DNA of 64,000 nucleotides from a virus. The notes under the pieces were generated by a model. That model was not told the DNA's origin and did no database searches. It saw nothing but the letters and a program-made list of their open reading frames with translations. Both the position numbers and the translations under genes were made by a program. Location of the stretch: the IMG/VR virus record IMGVR_UViG_3300032238_001058, positions 18,625 through 82,624 of that record; one strand, given 5' to 3'. Shown piece by piece: positions 27,437 through 37,048 of this stretch. Position 1 is the first letter of the stretch, and each line of letters starts with the position of its first letter.

Positions 27437-27891
27437 TTTTCTATTAACCCTTGGCGTTGTAATGATTCTAGAAGTTTTTCGGTAGGTTGGTACAAGACAA
27501 CTAACTTGCCAAGGATGCCACGTTTTTTGACAAGTTTCCCCGCTTGGTCTCGTACCTTGTTAAATTCACCAGATCGAATCAAGTATTCCGCAACGCATCG
27601 AAGCCTTCTTTTCAATGGTAATTCGGCTTGCGGAAATTTACCACAGATTGTGTCTGCTTGTAAATCTTGGAATACAAGACGTAAACGATTGGCTAAAGTC
27701 ATGCCAGAATTAATGTCTTCTTCTTCATACTTTTTTAAGTTTTCCAGGTAACGGCGCAGACACCCGTCATCAAATGATCCACTGGGAGGGAGAAACATCT
27801 CCACTTGATTTGCCAAAGATTCCGGTAGTGTTTCCTGGTAATTCTTAATGGCAACCTTGTTGATATTTACGGTTTGAAATCGATGTGCCAT
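27412..27891 (-). CDS. Hypothetical protein, possible winged helix
   Basis: 159 aa, coupled in operon. Confidence 0.6.
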   Translation of the reverse strand: MAHRFQTVNINKVAIKNYQETLPESLANQVEMFLPPSGSFDDGCLRRYLENLKKYEEEDINSGMTLANRLRLVFQDLQADTICGKFPQAELPLKRRLRCVAEYLIRSGEFNKVRDQAGKLVKKRGILGKLVVLYQPTEKLLESLQRQGLIEKCQTDVKS

Positions 27892-28301
27892 TATTTAAGG
27901 AACGCGTTGGTTGACTGATACATATCTGCGCGGCCTCGTAAATCCACCGAAGTTAACTCACGGTTTTTGGCAAAAGATTGAATAAGTTGATTCCAAGGGA
28001 TACGAAGGACTGCTTTACGGTTTGTTCCGGGGGATATGTTGACGTAATGAATGCCCTCGACCCAGCCTTTTGCCGGTTCTTTTCTTCCAATTGCAATCCA
28101 ATTTCTAATGGTTTGATCGGATACTCCAAGACGTCGTCCACATTCTTCGGTTGAAACATATTCATCAGCATAAGCATCTGGACATAAAGCGTCTGTTTCT
28201 TCGTTTGAATATCGGCTGTGCCACATAGAAGCAAGGATATTTCGTATCCCTTTTAGTTCTTGTGCAATGTCCTCAAGGCCCTTTCTGATTCCGTAACTCA
28301 T
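27891..28301 (-). CDS. HTH DNA-binding protein
   Basis: YVSTEECGRRLGVSDQTIRNWI...W.EGIHY. Confidence 0.8.
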   Translation of the reverse strand: MSYGIRKGLEDIAQELKGIRNILASMWHSRYSNEETDALCPDAYADEYVSTEECGRRLGVSDQTIRNWIAIGRKEPAKGWVEGIHYVNISPGTNRKAVLRIPWNQLIQSFAKNRELTSVDLRGRADMYQSTNAFLK

Positions 28302-28348
28302 AACTACAGGCGTTCTGTTTATATGTTAGTCTGTCAACAAAACCATTT

Positions 28349-28651
28349 GTGACGATGGAAGAGCAAGTTTTACCTAGCCAAGTACCAGTGCAACCTCCCC
28401 TGGAGCCACAGATCACACCTGAGCAGTTGGCTGAAATGAAAGCAATGGCGCGAGAACGTGCCATCCAGCAAACCATTGCTCAACGTGCAGTTTTACCGCA
28501 ACAACCGCAGGTGGTTTATGTGCGCCGCAACCTTACGGTTGCAGAATTACTGCTTGTGATCTTGCTTTCTTGTGGAATTGTAACAGGACTTCAAGTATCG
28601 TGGAACTTTATTTCTAACTTGTTGCCACGAATCGAGGTTAAGATGCGCTAA
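28349..28651 (+). CDS. Membrane protein
   Basis: C-terminal TM segment LLLVILLSCGIV. Confidence 0.6.
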   Translation: MTMEEQVLPSQVPVQPPLEPQITPEQLAEMKAMARERAIQQTIAQRAVLPQQPQVVYVRRNLTVAELLLVILLSCGIVTGLQVSWNFISNLLPRIEVKMR

Positions 28652-28698
28652 GTAAAACGCTTTATAATTAAAGCATAGGTATTCTGTACGAATAGCAG

Positions 28699-30318
28699 GT
28701 GGCAAATAGAAGGATTTCCGAATTTCCGTCAATTAACGGCACTGCTATTGATGAGCAGGACTTGCTAACGCTTGTCCATGTATTTGAGGTAGACCCTACT
28801 CTGCGTAATAAAAAGATTACCTTTACGCAGTTCAAAGAATACCTCAATTTGTACTATGCTCCAGCAAGCGGTGCAACCTTTAGTGGCAACGTAACTATTG
28901 CTGGAAATCTTACCGTAACTGGTACGAGTACTTTTGCAGCACTCAACAGTTCAAGCCTTGGAACTTTTAGTGGAATCCTTGTACAAAATAATGCAACTGT
29001 AAGTGGAACTGTAAGCGGCACAACAATCACTGGTACCAATCTTCAAGGTACCAATGTCAACGCTATTACTGTCACAACAACAACTGCGACCGGAACTACG
29101 GCCAACTTTACGAGTGGGCGTTTTCAATCTTTATCAGGCGCAACAATCACAGGTGGACAAGTCACTGCTACCTCTGGTACCTACACCACATTAAGTGGAA
29201 CAACAATTACAGGCACCACTGTTGCGGCAACTACAGGTACATTCCAAACTCTTTCGACTCCCATTCTCACCGTTAGCGGCAACTTGTCCGTTGCAAGTGG
29301 ACTAACAGTAACTGGTCTTGCTCAATTTGCATCTGGTGTACAAGTAACTGGTACGTTATCTGGTACTACCGTTACTGGGACAACTGCAAGTTTTAGCACT
29401 GTAAGTGGTGTATCTGGGATATTCACTACCCAAGTTTCAGGTGCAACCATAACCGGAAACAATGTACTTGCATCTAATGTCACGGGAGTTTCTGGCGTAT
29501 TTACTACAAGGGTTTCAGGTGCCACCGTAACTGGCAACACAGGATCCTTTGGTAACGTAAACGGAATCTCTGGCGTCTTTACCCAGTCTCTGTCTGGGGC
29601 CATGATCACAGGTGACGCTGGTCGTTTTTCTGTAATCACTGGTGTATCCGGTGTTTATACAAACATATCCGGTACCACAATCACTGGAGATACCGCTCTA
29701 GTTACAAATATCACTGGTGTATCCGGTGTGTTCACCAGCCGTGTGTCTGGTACCACCGTTACAGGTACTACGGCTGCATTTACAAACATTACTGGTGTAT
29801 CTGGCGTTTTTACCACCAGTGTTTCAGGTGCAACCGTAACTGGTATAAGCGGGCAATTTGTCAACGTTACAGCAGGCACTGGAATATTTACACTTGTTTC
29901 CGGTACCACTGTTACAGGTGACACAGGTTCTTTTACTAACCTCACTGGTATTGTTGGTATTTTTACCACGAGTGTCTCAGGTGTAACCGTAGCAGGCACG
30001 ACAGTTACTGGTGCAACAGGCATCTTTACTTACGTGACCGGCACCACAATTACCGGCGTAACTATAAATGCTGCAACAGGTGTATTTACTACGCTTCAAG
30101 CAACCAACCTTAGTTTTACCAACACAACAGTCTCTGGTAACTTAACAGTTGTTGGATCTGGTTTTTTTGGTTCTGGTGTTTCTATTACAGGTGCCGTTAC
30201 TGGCGTAAGCGGTGTATTTACCGCTCCTTCTGGCGCCACACCTACTTTGATTTCCTCTGGTGTAATTTCAGGGGATGCAGGTTTAATTATTCGTGGAACC
30301 ATCACGGTTCTTCCGTAA
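28699..30318 (+). CDS. Tail fibre/spike protein with Thr/Gly/Val repeats
   Basis: N-terminal anchor MANRRISEFP; tandem ~25-26-aa repeats G(V/I)FT..VSG.T(V/I)TG. Confidence 0.75.
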   Translation: MANRRISEFPSINGTAIDEQDLLTLVHVFEVDPTLRNKKITFTQFKEYLNLYYAPASGATFSGNVTIAGNLTVTGTSTFAALNSSSLGTFSGILVQNNATVSGTVSGTTITGTNLQGTNVNAITVTTTTATGTTANFTSGRFQSLSGATITGGQVTATSGTYTTLSGTTITGTTVAATTGTFQTLSTPILTVSGNLSVASGLTVTGLAQFASGVQVTGTLSGTTVTGTTASFSTVSGVSGIFTTQVSGATITGNNVLASNVTGVSGVFTTRVSGATVTGNTGSFGNVNGISGVFTQSLSGAMITGDAGRFSVITGVSGVYTNISGTTITGDTALVTNITGVSGVFTSRVSGTTVTGTTAAFTNITGVSGVFTTSVSGATVTGISGQFVNVTAGTGIFTLVSGTTVTGDTGSFTNLTGIVGIFTTSVSGVTVAGTTVTGATGIFTYVTGTTITGVTINAATGVFTTLQATNLSFTNTTVSGNLTVVGSGFFGSGVSITGAVTGVSGVFTAPSGATPTLISSGVISGDAGLIIRGTITVLP

Positions 30319-30363
30319 ACCTATCTATTTATTTGTACAGTAAAATAAAGAAAAAAGATTATC

Positions 30364-32286
30364 ATGGCGTACGGCACCATCAAGGTAGATAACATTACTT
30401 TCACCAATGCTGGAAGTGATCAAACTATTACGGTCTCTGGTTTATTTGCATCTACTTCTGGAAACCTGACAGTCACTGGTACTGTATCTGGTAATACAAT
30501 TAAAGGTCAAACAATTTCAGGTGTTACGGTCACTGGCACGACTGCAAACTTTACCAGTGGCAACTTTACCAATATCAGTGGTGGCACCTATACAATTACT
30601 TCGGGTGTGTTTGCTGCAGGTAGTGCAGCAGCTCCATCAATTAGTTTTGCGTCTTATCCTAATACGGGGTTGTATCGCCCTGGTGCAGATCAAATCGCCA
30701 TTGCAACTAGTGGCACTGGGCGTTTATTTGTTGATGCAAATGGAAACATTGCGATAGGCACTTCTGCCACATCTAATTTTGGTTCAACGGCTAGAAGTTT
30801 TGATATTAACTCAGCCGGCGGTGTAGCCAATTTATATGTAAAAACAGGCACGGTTGGTGGCGGCCTAATGGCTGATGCCGGCAACGGTTACATACAAGTT
30901 TGGACAGCAACAAGTCATCCAATTGCATTTAACATTGCTTTTTCGGAAAAGATGAGGCTTGATACCTCAGGCCGCCTAGGTCTGGGGGCTACTACAGCTC
31001 CAGGAAGTATTGATGCCAAAATGTGGATTGATCAATCTTCGACCAGTGATTACGGTTTAGAGATTAACTCAAGTGGTGGCGTAAAAAGACCGGGTCTTTG
31101 GTTCAGAGATGCCTCAGGTGCGCTTGCAGGCCGAATTGTCGGACAAGCGGGTCTAGAACTTGCAACCACTGCCAGCGCCACTCCTGCAGTAACTATTGAC
31201 GCATCACAGCGAGTAGGGATTGGGACCAGTAGTCCTGGCAAAACACTTGATGTAAGTGGCGATGCGCGTTTTTATAGTGATTCAAGTAACGTAGACGTTT
31301 CAATTAATCGCCAAGGTAATGGTATATATAATCCAGCTCTGACAATATGGTCTGCATATAGTTTAACCGTTCCTAGCTTTAGGTTTACTATAGACACCAA
31401 CGGCACTGCCATTCAGTATCTCAATAAACTGCGGTTTATGGATACTTATGCCAGTAACACAGAACGCGCCCGCATCGACGGCTCCGGCAGGTTGTTGGTG
31501 GGGACTTCTACCAGCCGTAATGCTCGAATTGCCTATGGACCTAGCGGTGGATCACTATCTAGCGACCCTTTCCCCATTCAAAATGAATCAGGCAGTGTTG
31601 CTGGAGCCTCGTTTATTACTAATCGCAACGCCGATCCAAGTGGTTCTTATGTGGTGCTTGGGAGGTCCAGGGGGCCAAGTCCAGGTGGTACAGACATTGT
31701 CAACGCTGGCGATAACTTGGGTTCTATTTCATTTAACGGTGCTGATGGTACTAATTTAGAAATCGCCGCTACTATTCGATGCGATGTAGATGGTACCCCT
31801 GGCACTGGGGATATGCCGGGCCGCCTCGTTTTTTCCACAACGAGCGATGGTGCGAGCAGCCCAACGGAACGGATGAGGATCGACAGCTCAGGCAAGTTGT
31901 TGGTTGGTACTTCTACAAGCACTATGTCAGGTGCTACTGTTCAGCAAAATGGACTTCATGGTGTTGTTACCAATACAGCACTCCTTGCATTGAATGGTAC
32001 TTTAGATATTACTATTGCTAGTGGTGGCGTCTCTTTTACAGGATTTTTAATTGTTGAAAACACCTATGCACCCTCTGCAAGTACAAGAACACAAACCTTG
32101 TATGCAGTTATGGGCAGGGGAACTACTGCAACATTCACTTCTTTAGCAACTACCAATGGAAGCGTTTCTGCCGCTCCGTTTACTTTGACTGTTCCTAGTG
32201 CTGGCGTAATTCGTTTTACAAACACTACAACAGGAGGAGGTAGTTCTAATTGTAATTTAGTTTGGATGGGTCCTGCGGGCTACTAA
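30364..32286 (+). CDS. Tail fibre protein
   Basis: GSAAAPSISF..NTGLY and repeated ER.RIDSSG.LLVGT units typical of cyanophage fibres. Confidence 0.85.
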   Translation: MAYGTIKVDNITFTNAGSDQTITVSGLFASTSGNLTVTGTVSGNTIKGQTISGVTVTGTTANFTSGNFTNISGGTYTITSGVFAAGSAAAPSISFASYPNTGLYRPGADQIAIATSGTGRLFVDANGNIAIGTSATSNFGSTARSFDINSAGGVANLYVKTGTVGGGLMADAGNGYIQVWTATSHPIAFNIAFSEKMRLDTSGRLGLGATTAPGSIDAKMWIDQSSTSDYGLEINSSGGVKRPGLWFRDASGALAGRIVGQAGLELATTASATPAVTIDASQRVGIGTSSPGKTLDVSGDARFYSDSSNVDVSINRQGNGIYNPALTIWSAYSLTVPSFRFTIDTNGTAIQYLNKLRFMDTYASNTERARIDGSGRLLVGTSTSRNARIAYGPSGGSLSSDPFPIQNESGSVAGASFITNRNADPSGSYVVLGRSRGPSPGGTDIVNAGDNLGSISFNGADGTNLEIAATIRCDVDGTPGTGDMPGRLVFSTTSDGASSPTERMRIDSSGKLLVGTSTSTMSGATVQQNGLHGVVTNTALLALNGTLDITIASGGVSFTGFLIVENTYAPSASTRTQTLYAVMGRGTTATFTSLATTNGSVSAAPFTLTVPSAGVIRFTNTTTGGGSSNCNLVWMGPAGY

Positions 32287-32387
32287 TTCTACTGATACCA
32301 GGGGGCAACCGGCCTACTCAACAGGTTGCACTCGGTTTATTAGCACAACATATGTTTCCCTGGTAAAATAAAAGAAAACAATGCGTT

Positions 32388-32711
32388 ATGGCTAACACTG
32401 TTTGGGATATTTCCAACATGGAGCGTCATCTTCCTGATGGCGAAACTTGTCCTGATGGCGCTGTCTACACTGTGCACTGGACTGCTTCCCTGGAAGAAGA
32501 CGGTGAAACTGTAGGTGCATATGGTAGCGTCGGTCTTGGTGCTCCTGACCCCACTTCCTTTGTTCCTTTCGATCAACTGACCAAAGAAGAAGTTATTGGT
32601 TGGGTACTCTCCACCCTTGGCGTGGATCAAGTTGTTTCCATTGAGGAATCACTGTATAACCAAATCCAGCAGAAAGCTAACCCCACTTCGGCTGCTGGTG
32701 TTCCTTGGTGA
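32388..32711 (+). CDS. Tail-fibre-associated protein/chaperone
   Basis: W.I..MER...VHW...F.PFDQLT.E.V.GWV...GVPW pattern, follows the fibre gene. Confidence 0.65.
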   Translation: MANTVWDISNMERHLPDGETCPDGAVYTVHWTASLEEDGETVGAYGSVGLGAPDPTSFVPFDQLTKEEVIGWVLSTLGVDQVVSIEESLYNQIQQKANPTSAAGVPW

Positions 32712-32746
32712 TTAGTTGCTATACTTTTTAAAGTCACTTGTTTAAC

Positions 32747-32923
32747 ATGACCTGCAAGAAGTCTGAACTTGTCTCGGCAATTAATTCCTTTGGTTCTGCC
32801 CGTGCTACCGGCGACGGTAACCTTATTGCTTTTGCTGGTAACCTCATTGGTCAACTCCTGGAAACCATTGAGTTTGCACCGGAAGAACCGACTGAAACTA
32901 CCGAGACTGAAGTCGTTGAGTGA
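32747..32923 (+). CDS. Small hypothetical protein
   Basis: TATACT box upstream; biased codons. Confidence 0.6.
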   Translation: MTCKKSELVSAINSFGSARATGDGNLIAFAGNLIGQLLETIEFAPEEPTETTETEVVE

Positions 32924-32964
32924 TTTGGTACACTTGACTTAGAGTTAAGAAAACCTCTAGGTCG

Positions 32965-34077
32965 ATGTCCATAAAACTTGTTGACGCAGCGCGGTACTTC
33001 AAAGAAGAACCACATCAAATTGAAGCGTGGGAATGGCTCCAGACTCAGGTTCCTCCTGAGACTCTGGAGTCTTTTGCTGTCAAGTATCGCACAACATCAA
33101 AACAAGAAAGCCTCTACACAAATACTTGGGATGGTGTAGTAGCAATAGCCAAGAATGCGGGTGCAAAATATCCAGAGTGTGTTGCTGCTCAATGGGCACT
33201 TGAATCAAATTGGGGGAAAGACACTTCAGGAACTCATAACTATTACGGCCTCAAAGGAGCAGGTTCTGCGGTTGATACCAAGGAGTTTGTCAATGGTCAA
33301 TGGGTAACAATTAAAGCAGGTTTTATTGATTTTCCAGATCTTGGCACTTGTACTTACTACCTTGTTAATCGTTGGTACAAGGACTTTGGTGGATATAAGG
33401 GTGTGAACAGGGCAACGAGTAGGAATGAATGCGCAAAACTATTGGTTGATGAAGGGTACGCAACTGACCCAAGCTATAGTACCAAGTTAATTCAAATCAT
33501 GGATAAACAACTTGGTACTCCAGGCATCAATGTCAAGGATGCAACCACAACCAAAATTTTGTCCGTTCCATACTTCTATCAACTTGATAACGTCTCTGGT
33601 AAAGGATATCGCGAATGTTTTTCGTCGTCTTGTGCCATGCTTGCTGCTTATTATGGCAAGGTCAAGACTGATGATGAGTATTGTAAAATCCGTGCTAAAT
33701 ACGGAGATACAACTGATAAAGATGCACAGCTCGCTGCTCTACGCTCCCTGGGACTAGAGCCAACATTCATTACCAACTGCAATGCAGCTAGGTTGGAAAA
33801 TGAGTTACGCAATGACCGACCGGCAGCCGTTGGTTGGTTACATAAAGGCGGTGTCACTGTTCCTACAGGTGGTGGCCACTGGACTTGTTGCATTGGTTTT
33901 ACGCCAACTGCATTTGTTCACAACGATCCGAATGGAGAAGCAGACATGTTGTATGGCGGATACACCAGCAATTCTGCCGCGAGTGGTAAAGGTGTTAAGT
34001 ACAGTAGGAAAAATTGGTTACGTCGTTGGGAATGCGACGGTCCTAATTCAGGTTGGGCAATCTTTATCTCAAAGTGA
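32965..34077 (+). CDS. Endolysin: GH73 glucosaminidase plus C39-like cysteine peptidase
   Basis: AQWALES.WG, NYYGLK, GYATDPSY; VPYFYQLDN..RECFSSSCAM..GGHW..HNDP. Confidence 0.85.
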   Translation: MSIKLVDAARYFKEEPHQIEAWEWLQTQVPPETLESFAVKYRTTSKQESLYTNTWDGVVAIAKNAGAKYPECVAAQWALESNWGKDTSGTHNYYGLKGAGSAVDTKEFVNGQWVTIKAGFIDFPDLGTCTYYLVNRWYKDFGGYKGVNRATSRNECAKLLVDEGYATDPSYSTKLIQIMDKQLGTPGINVKDATTTKILSVPYFYQLDNVSGKGYRECFSSSCAMLAAYYGKVKTDDEYCKIRAKYGDTTDKDAQLAALRSLGLEPTFITNCNAARLENELRNDRPAAVGWLHKGGVTVPTGGGHWTCCIGFTPTAFVHNDPNGEADMLYGGYTSNSAASGKGVKYSRKNWLRRWECDGPNSGWAIFISK

Positions 34078-34235
34078 AACGTAACAAAGATTTAAAGCTT
34101 CGCATCAATATGTGCTGGGAAGTTGGCGACGAAAAAAAATGCGCAACCCTCAGTAAAGAAGAGGCTTACGCAACAAGGAAATGGGTTGAAGATAATGATG
34201 GCGTTATATTTTGGACTCAGGTATTACCTGATTGA
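34074..34235 (+). CDS. Small hypothetical protein
   Basis: GTGA-coupled to the endolysin. Confidence 0.5.
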   Translation: MKRNKDLKLRINMCWEVGDEKKCATLSKEEAYATRKWVEDNDGVIFWTQVLPD

Positions 34236-34400
34236 TCAGCGTTGTTTAGCGCGACCAATCACAAGACCGCCAATCTCAATTAATTTGTACAGCTTGCGCA
34301 AGAACTGGTCATCACGCGGGTTGGGAGTCAAAGCGCAAATTGCAGAACATGCTGCGTGAATGGCAAGAGCCACTTCAAAGTACTGGTTAATGTGGGCCAT
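34236..34400 (-). CDS. Holin-like small membrane protein (54 aa, not in ORF track)
   Basis: MAHINQYFEVALAIHAACSAICALTPNPRDDQFLRKLYKLIEIGGLVIGRAKQR; hydrophobic helix plus TP.P.DD; beside endolysin. Confidence 0.6.
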   Translation of the reverse strand: MAHINQYFEVALAIHAACSAICALTPNPRDDQFLRKLYKLIEIGGLVIGRAKQR

Positions 34401-34429
34401 GGGTGTGTACCGTTTCTTTTATTGTAGGG

Positions 34430-34564
34430 TCATACTTCATACATGCGACACTCCAAAGCTCCTGGATTTTCGTCGCAGTATTTTTGCCAGGCCAATGTTG
34501 GTGAGTGTTTTGTTTTTGGGCTTGGTTTTGATTTTTTTAACAGCCTAAGAAGTTGTTTGATCAT
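34430..34564 (-). CDS. cp12: Truncated CP12-like protein (44 aa, not in ORF track)
   Basis: C-terminus KYCDENPGALECRMYEV is the CP12 C-terminal Cys-pair motif; ATGA-coupled to upstream gene. Confidence 0.75.
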   Translation of the reverse strand: MIKQLLRLLKKSKPSPKTKHSPTLAWQKYCDENPGALECRMYEV

Positions 34565-35478
34565 TGTCTGTTGGTTAAAGGTACAAAAATTTCAGGGAAA
34601 CGATTGGTGTCTTGATGCTCATTCTGCCATGCAATTTTCCATTCGGATAGCGAGTGATCGTGTACGGTGTTGAAATACGCATCATCGCCGACTTCTACAG
34701 TGATTCCATACTGTCCATACGTAGATGGAGGAATAGTACCCCCAACATCCATTACTGATGTAGCAGATATTTCAACACTGCCTGTGTTTTGAATGATAAA
34801 AGGAGTTTCAGTAACAATGTATAGATCTGATGGGATAACAACTGTTGTCAATACAGGACTTACAACAGCTTGTGACTGTTGTGCACTTTCTTGAATAAAA
34901 ATACTTCCATCTAAATCTTCCAGTTCAAACAACATTTCTGCATCTGGAAACTCAATAACAACTCCTAGTTCATAGGCAAGAGGTTCATTGCGTGTGGTAG
35001 AAACACAAATTAAATAGCTTCCTGCTTCCAATGGGTAGTACCGTTCGTCCCCACGGTCAAGACGCAAACGATCAAAAGTATTGTACAAATCAGACTGCGC
35101 ACTCATCACCGTATTTAAATACGGAATATATAGTTGTCCATCAGCATACGTAGTGATAGAGTCAGCACCAAAAATTTCTTGACCTTGGATTGGATTTTTG
35201 TTTAAGTCATAGGCAGAAATCTGAATGTAATTAGGACGCGGCGGCCCCTTGGCAAGAATCAACCATGCAGGAGACGCAATGTTTATCTGAAACCAATGAT
35301 TGTACGTGCCACCACCAAAACCGCCATTTGAATTTTGGTTTGTATCCGCACGCCCAACAACTTTATTTTGCGGTCCCAGGGTTCCTTTTAAGTATCGAAG
35401 TGATGTGGAACTAAACGTACCAAGTACTAAAGGGTTATTAAAAGTTCTTTGTGCTTGCGTAGCTGTACTGCGAGACAT
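34561..35478 (-). CDS. Hypothetical beta-rich protein
   Basis: 305-aa ORF in operon. Confidence 0.65.
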   Translation of the reverse strand: MSRSTATQAQRTFNNPLVLGTFSSTSLRYLKGTLGPQNKVVGRADTNQNSNGGFGGGTYNHWFQINIASPAWLILAKGPPRPNYIQISAYDLNKNPIQGQEIFGADSITTYADGQLYIPYLNTVMSAQSDLYNTFDRLRLDRGDERYYPLEAGSYLICVSTTRNEPLAYELGVVIEFPDAEMLFELEDLDGSIFIQESAQQSQAVVSPVLTTVVIPSDLYIVTETPFIIQNTGSVEISATSVMDVGGTIPPSTYGQYGITVEVGDDAYFNTVHDHSLSEWKIAWQNEHQDTNRFPEIFVPLTNRQ

Positions 35479-35502
35479 TATTGGATTTGTATTTATTGTA
35501 TT

Positions 35503-36180
35503 TCAATCATAATCGGGGGTGTTTTTATGAGCCAATGGATGTTGAATAGTCTGTTTGTATTCACGTTTTGTCAGTATTTCTGGCACACCACGACGACATG
35601 CTTCGCTATAAAGCATTAGTTTTTCATACTCAAACTCAGGGAAGAACGGATGAATATTAGCTGGTGGAAAAATTCTGTTCCAACTTGTAATCAAATGTAA
35701 AGGATTAAGGCAGTTTTTGTTATTGCAAGTGCGTGTCACTCGCATAGAACCAACGTCACCCCATGCACATTGATAGATTAATTTATGGGCTGTTTGATTG
35801 TTGTTTGTTTTGTTGTTCGCCAGGTTTCTATAGGAAGGTAATCCGTAACGAGAACGCGCAACTCCTGGTGCCTCCCAACAATCTTCCGCATGTCCTACTG
35901 GGATCTGCTTCCAAATTCGGGCATATTGGTGTTTGCAATCGTTACTTAAATAATTAACGTCAAATCCACAGATATTGCTACGGATTTTTTGTGCACAGTG
36001 ATAGCACCAATGCTTAGTTTTTTCTCTGATGGAATGATTGTGAAGACATGGATACCCTTTGTAGTAACCGTGGGAATCAAGTTCTTCTTTTGACAACTTA
36101 TCAATCTCAGGAATTGGTGGGTAATCAGAAGGCGCTAAGACTGCTTGTCGTAGTGGACGGTTGTCTAGTGTGTTTGCCAT
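35503..36180 (-). CDS. Cys-rich His-Me/HNH-fold protein with atypical active site
   Basis: CWE...AHK.IY...VTRTCNNKNCLNPLHL; extra N-terminal Cys/His cluster. Confidence 0.6.
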   Translation of the reverse strand: MANTLDNRPLRQAVLAPSDYPPIPEIDKLSKEELDSHGYYKGYPCLHNHSIREKTKHWCYHCAQKIRSNICGFDVNYLSNDCKHQYARIWKQIPVGHAEDCWEAPGVARSRYGLPSYRNLANNKTNNNQTAHKLIYQCAWGDVGSMRVTRTCNNKNCLNPLHLITSWNRIFPPANIHPFFPEFEYEKLMLYSEACRRGVPEILTKREYKQTIQHPLAHKNTPDYD

Positions 36181-36183
36181 GAT

Positions 36184-36591
36184 TCACACCTCCTGCAATT
36201 TATTGTTCATTGCAATGACCTCTGCATCGGTCAAACCGACTTTGATTGCAGCTCGACAGTAAGAACGTTTGACGGAATTACGTGCCTTTCTCTGGCGCAA
36301 TACCAACTCTTTTCTGTTGTCTTTCTCCAAGTTGTCTTCACCATGTACTACGTCTGCTGCCCCAGGGTCCTCGCCAGTGCGTAGGTAGTACACGATTCGG
36401 TGTGCCACGTAAGGAGTGCCGCAGAGCCAAACCTTGTACACCCCATGGACTCGGTCCAACCTGCCAGCCATCTCTCCTGCCTTGTGGCGTTGAAAAGACA
36501 TCGTCCATACCAGGGCACTGGGGAACTCATCCGAAAGTGCCAAGCGTTCTTGGATGTACCAGAGGGGCATCTGGTCGGTGTAGGTGCGCAT
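36184..36591 (-). CDS. Degenerate HNH_3-type endonuclease
   Basis: LVW...AG...AHRIVY.L.TGEDP...VVH....DNRKEL. Confidence 0.6.
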   Translation of the reverse strand: MRTYTDQMPLWYIQERLALSDEFPSALVWTMSFQRHKAGEMAGRLDRVHGVYKVWLCGTPYVAHRIVYYLRTGEDPGAADVVHGEDNLEKDNRKELVLRQRKARNSVKRSYCRAAIKVGLTDAEVIAMNNKLQEV

Positions 36592-36623
36592 TGAAGTGAG
36601 CTGAGCGGCTTACGACATACCAA

Positions 36624-36986
36624 GTATAGCGGCAAACGTCAGTGAAAGTACGGTATAGCGGGTAAATTCTCGATTTATTTCCCGCTATACGCTTAATTGA
36701 ACTTATCCTAGAGAAAAACGAACTTATGGAAAAGTTAGGTTTTCTGGAAAAGTTATGTATGTATAGCGGGAAAGTTCTGACTTTTACTTGTAGTACATTT
36801 GTTTCCCCCGGACCCCCGGTGTTCTCACCACCGTCTCATCTTAAGACTGAAACCCCCAGAACTTTCCACCTATACATGGCCAACCTGGTGACCAAACCTA
36901 ACTTTTCCATAAGTTCGTTTTTCCTAATAACAAGATGAATTAAGCGTATAGCAGGAAATAACAGGGGGTGTTTTCCAGCTATACCG
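36624..36986. repeat. Large nested inverted repeat with iteron-like GTATAGCGGGAAA units; candidate replication origin
   Basis: Perfect 30-bp IR 36713-36742/36894-36923 plus three further IR pairs; 7 motif copies. Confidence 0.85.
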
Positions 36987-36999
36987 TGTTTTTGCCCAC

Positions 37000-37027
37000 A
37001 AAAAAGCCCCCACTTACTGTGGAGGCC
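37000..37027 (-). terminator. Intrinsic terminator after glycosyltransferase
   Basis: Stem GCCCCCAC/GTGGAGGC with A run on the left (U-tail on - strand). Confidence 0.7.
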
Positions 37028-37048
37028 CTGGCACCAGTACCTCTGTAC

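Noticed and set aside
29350-30100. ~75-78-nt periodic repeats (ACTGGTGTATCCGGTGT etc.) resembling a CRISPR array
   Set aside because: In-frame coding repeats of the tail-fibre protein with wobble variation; no unique spacers, leader or cas operon.
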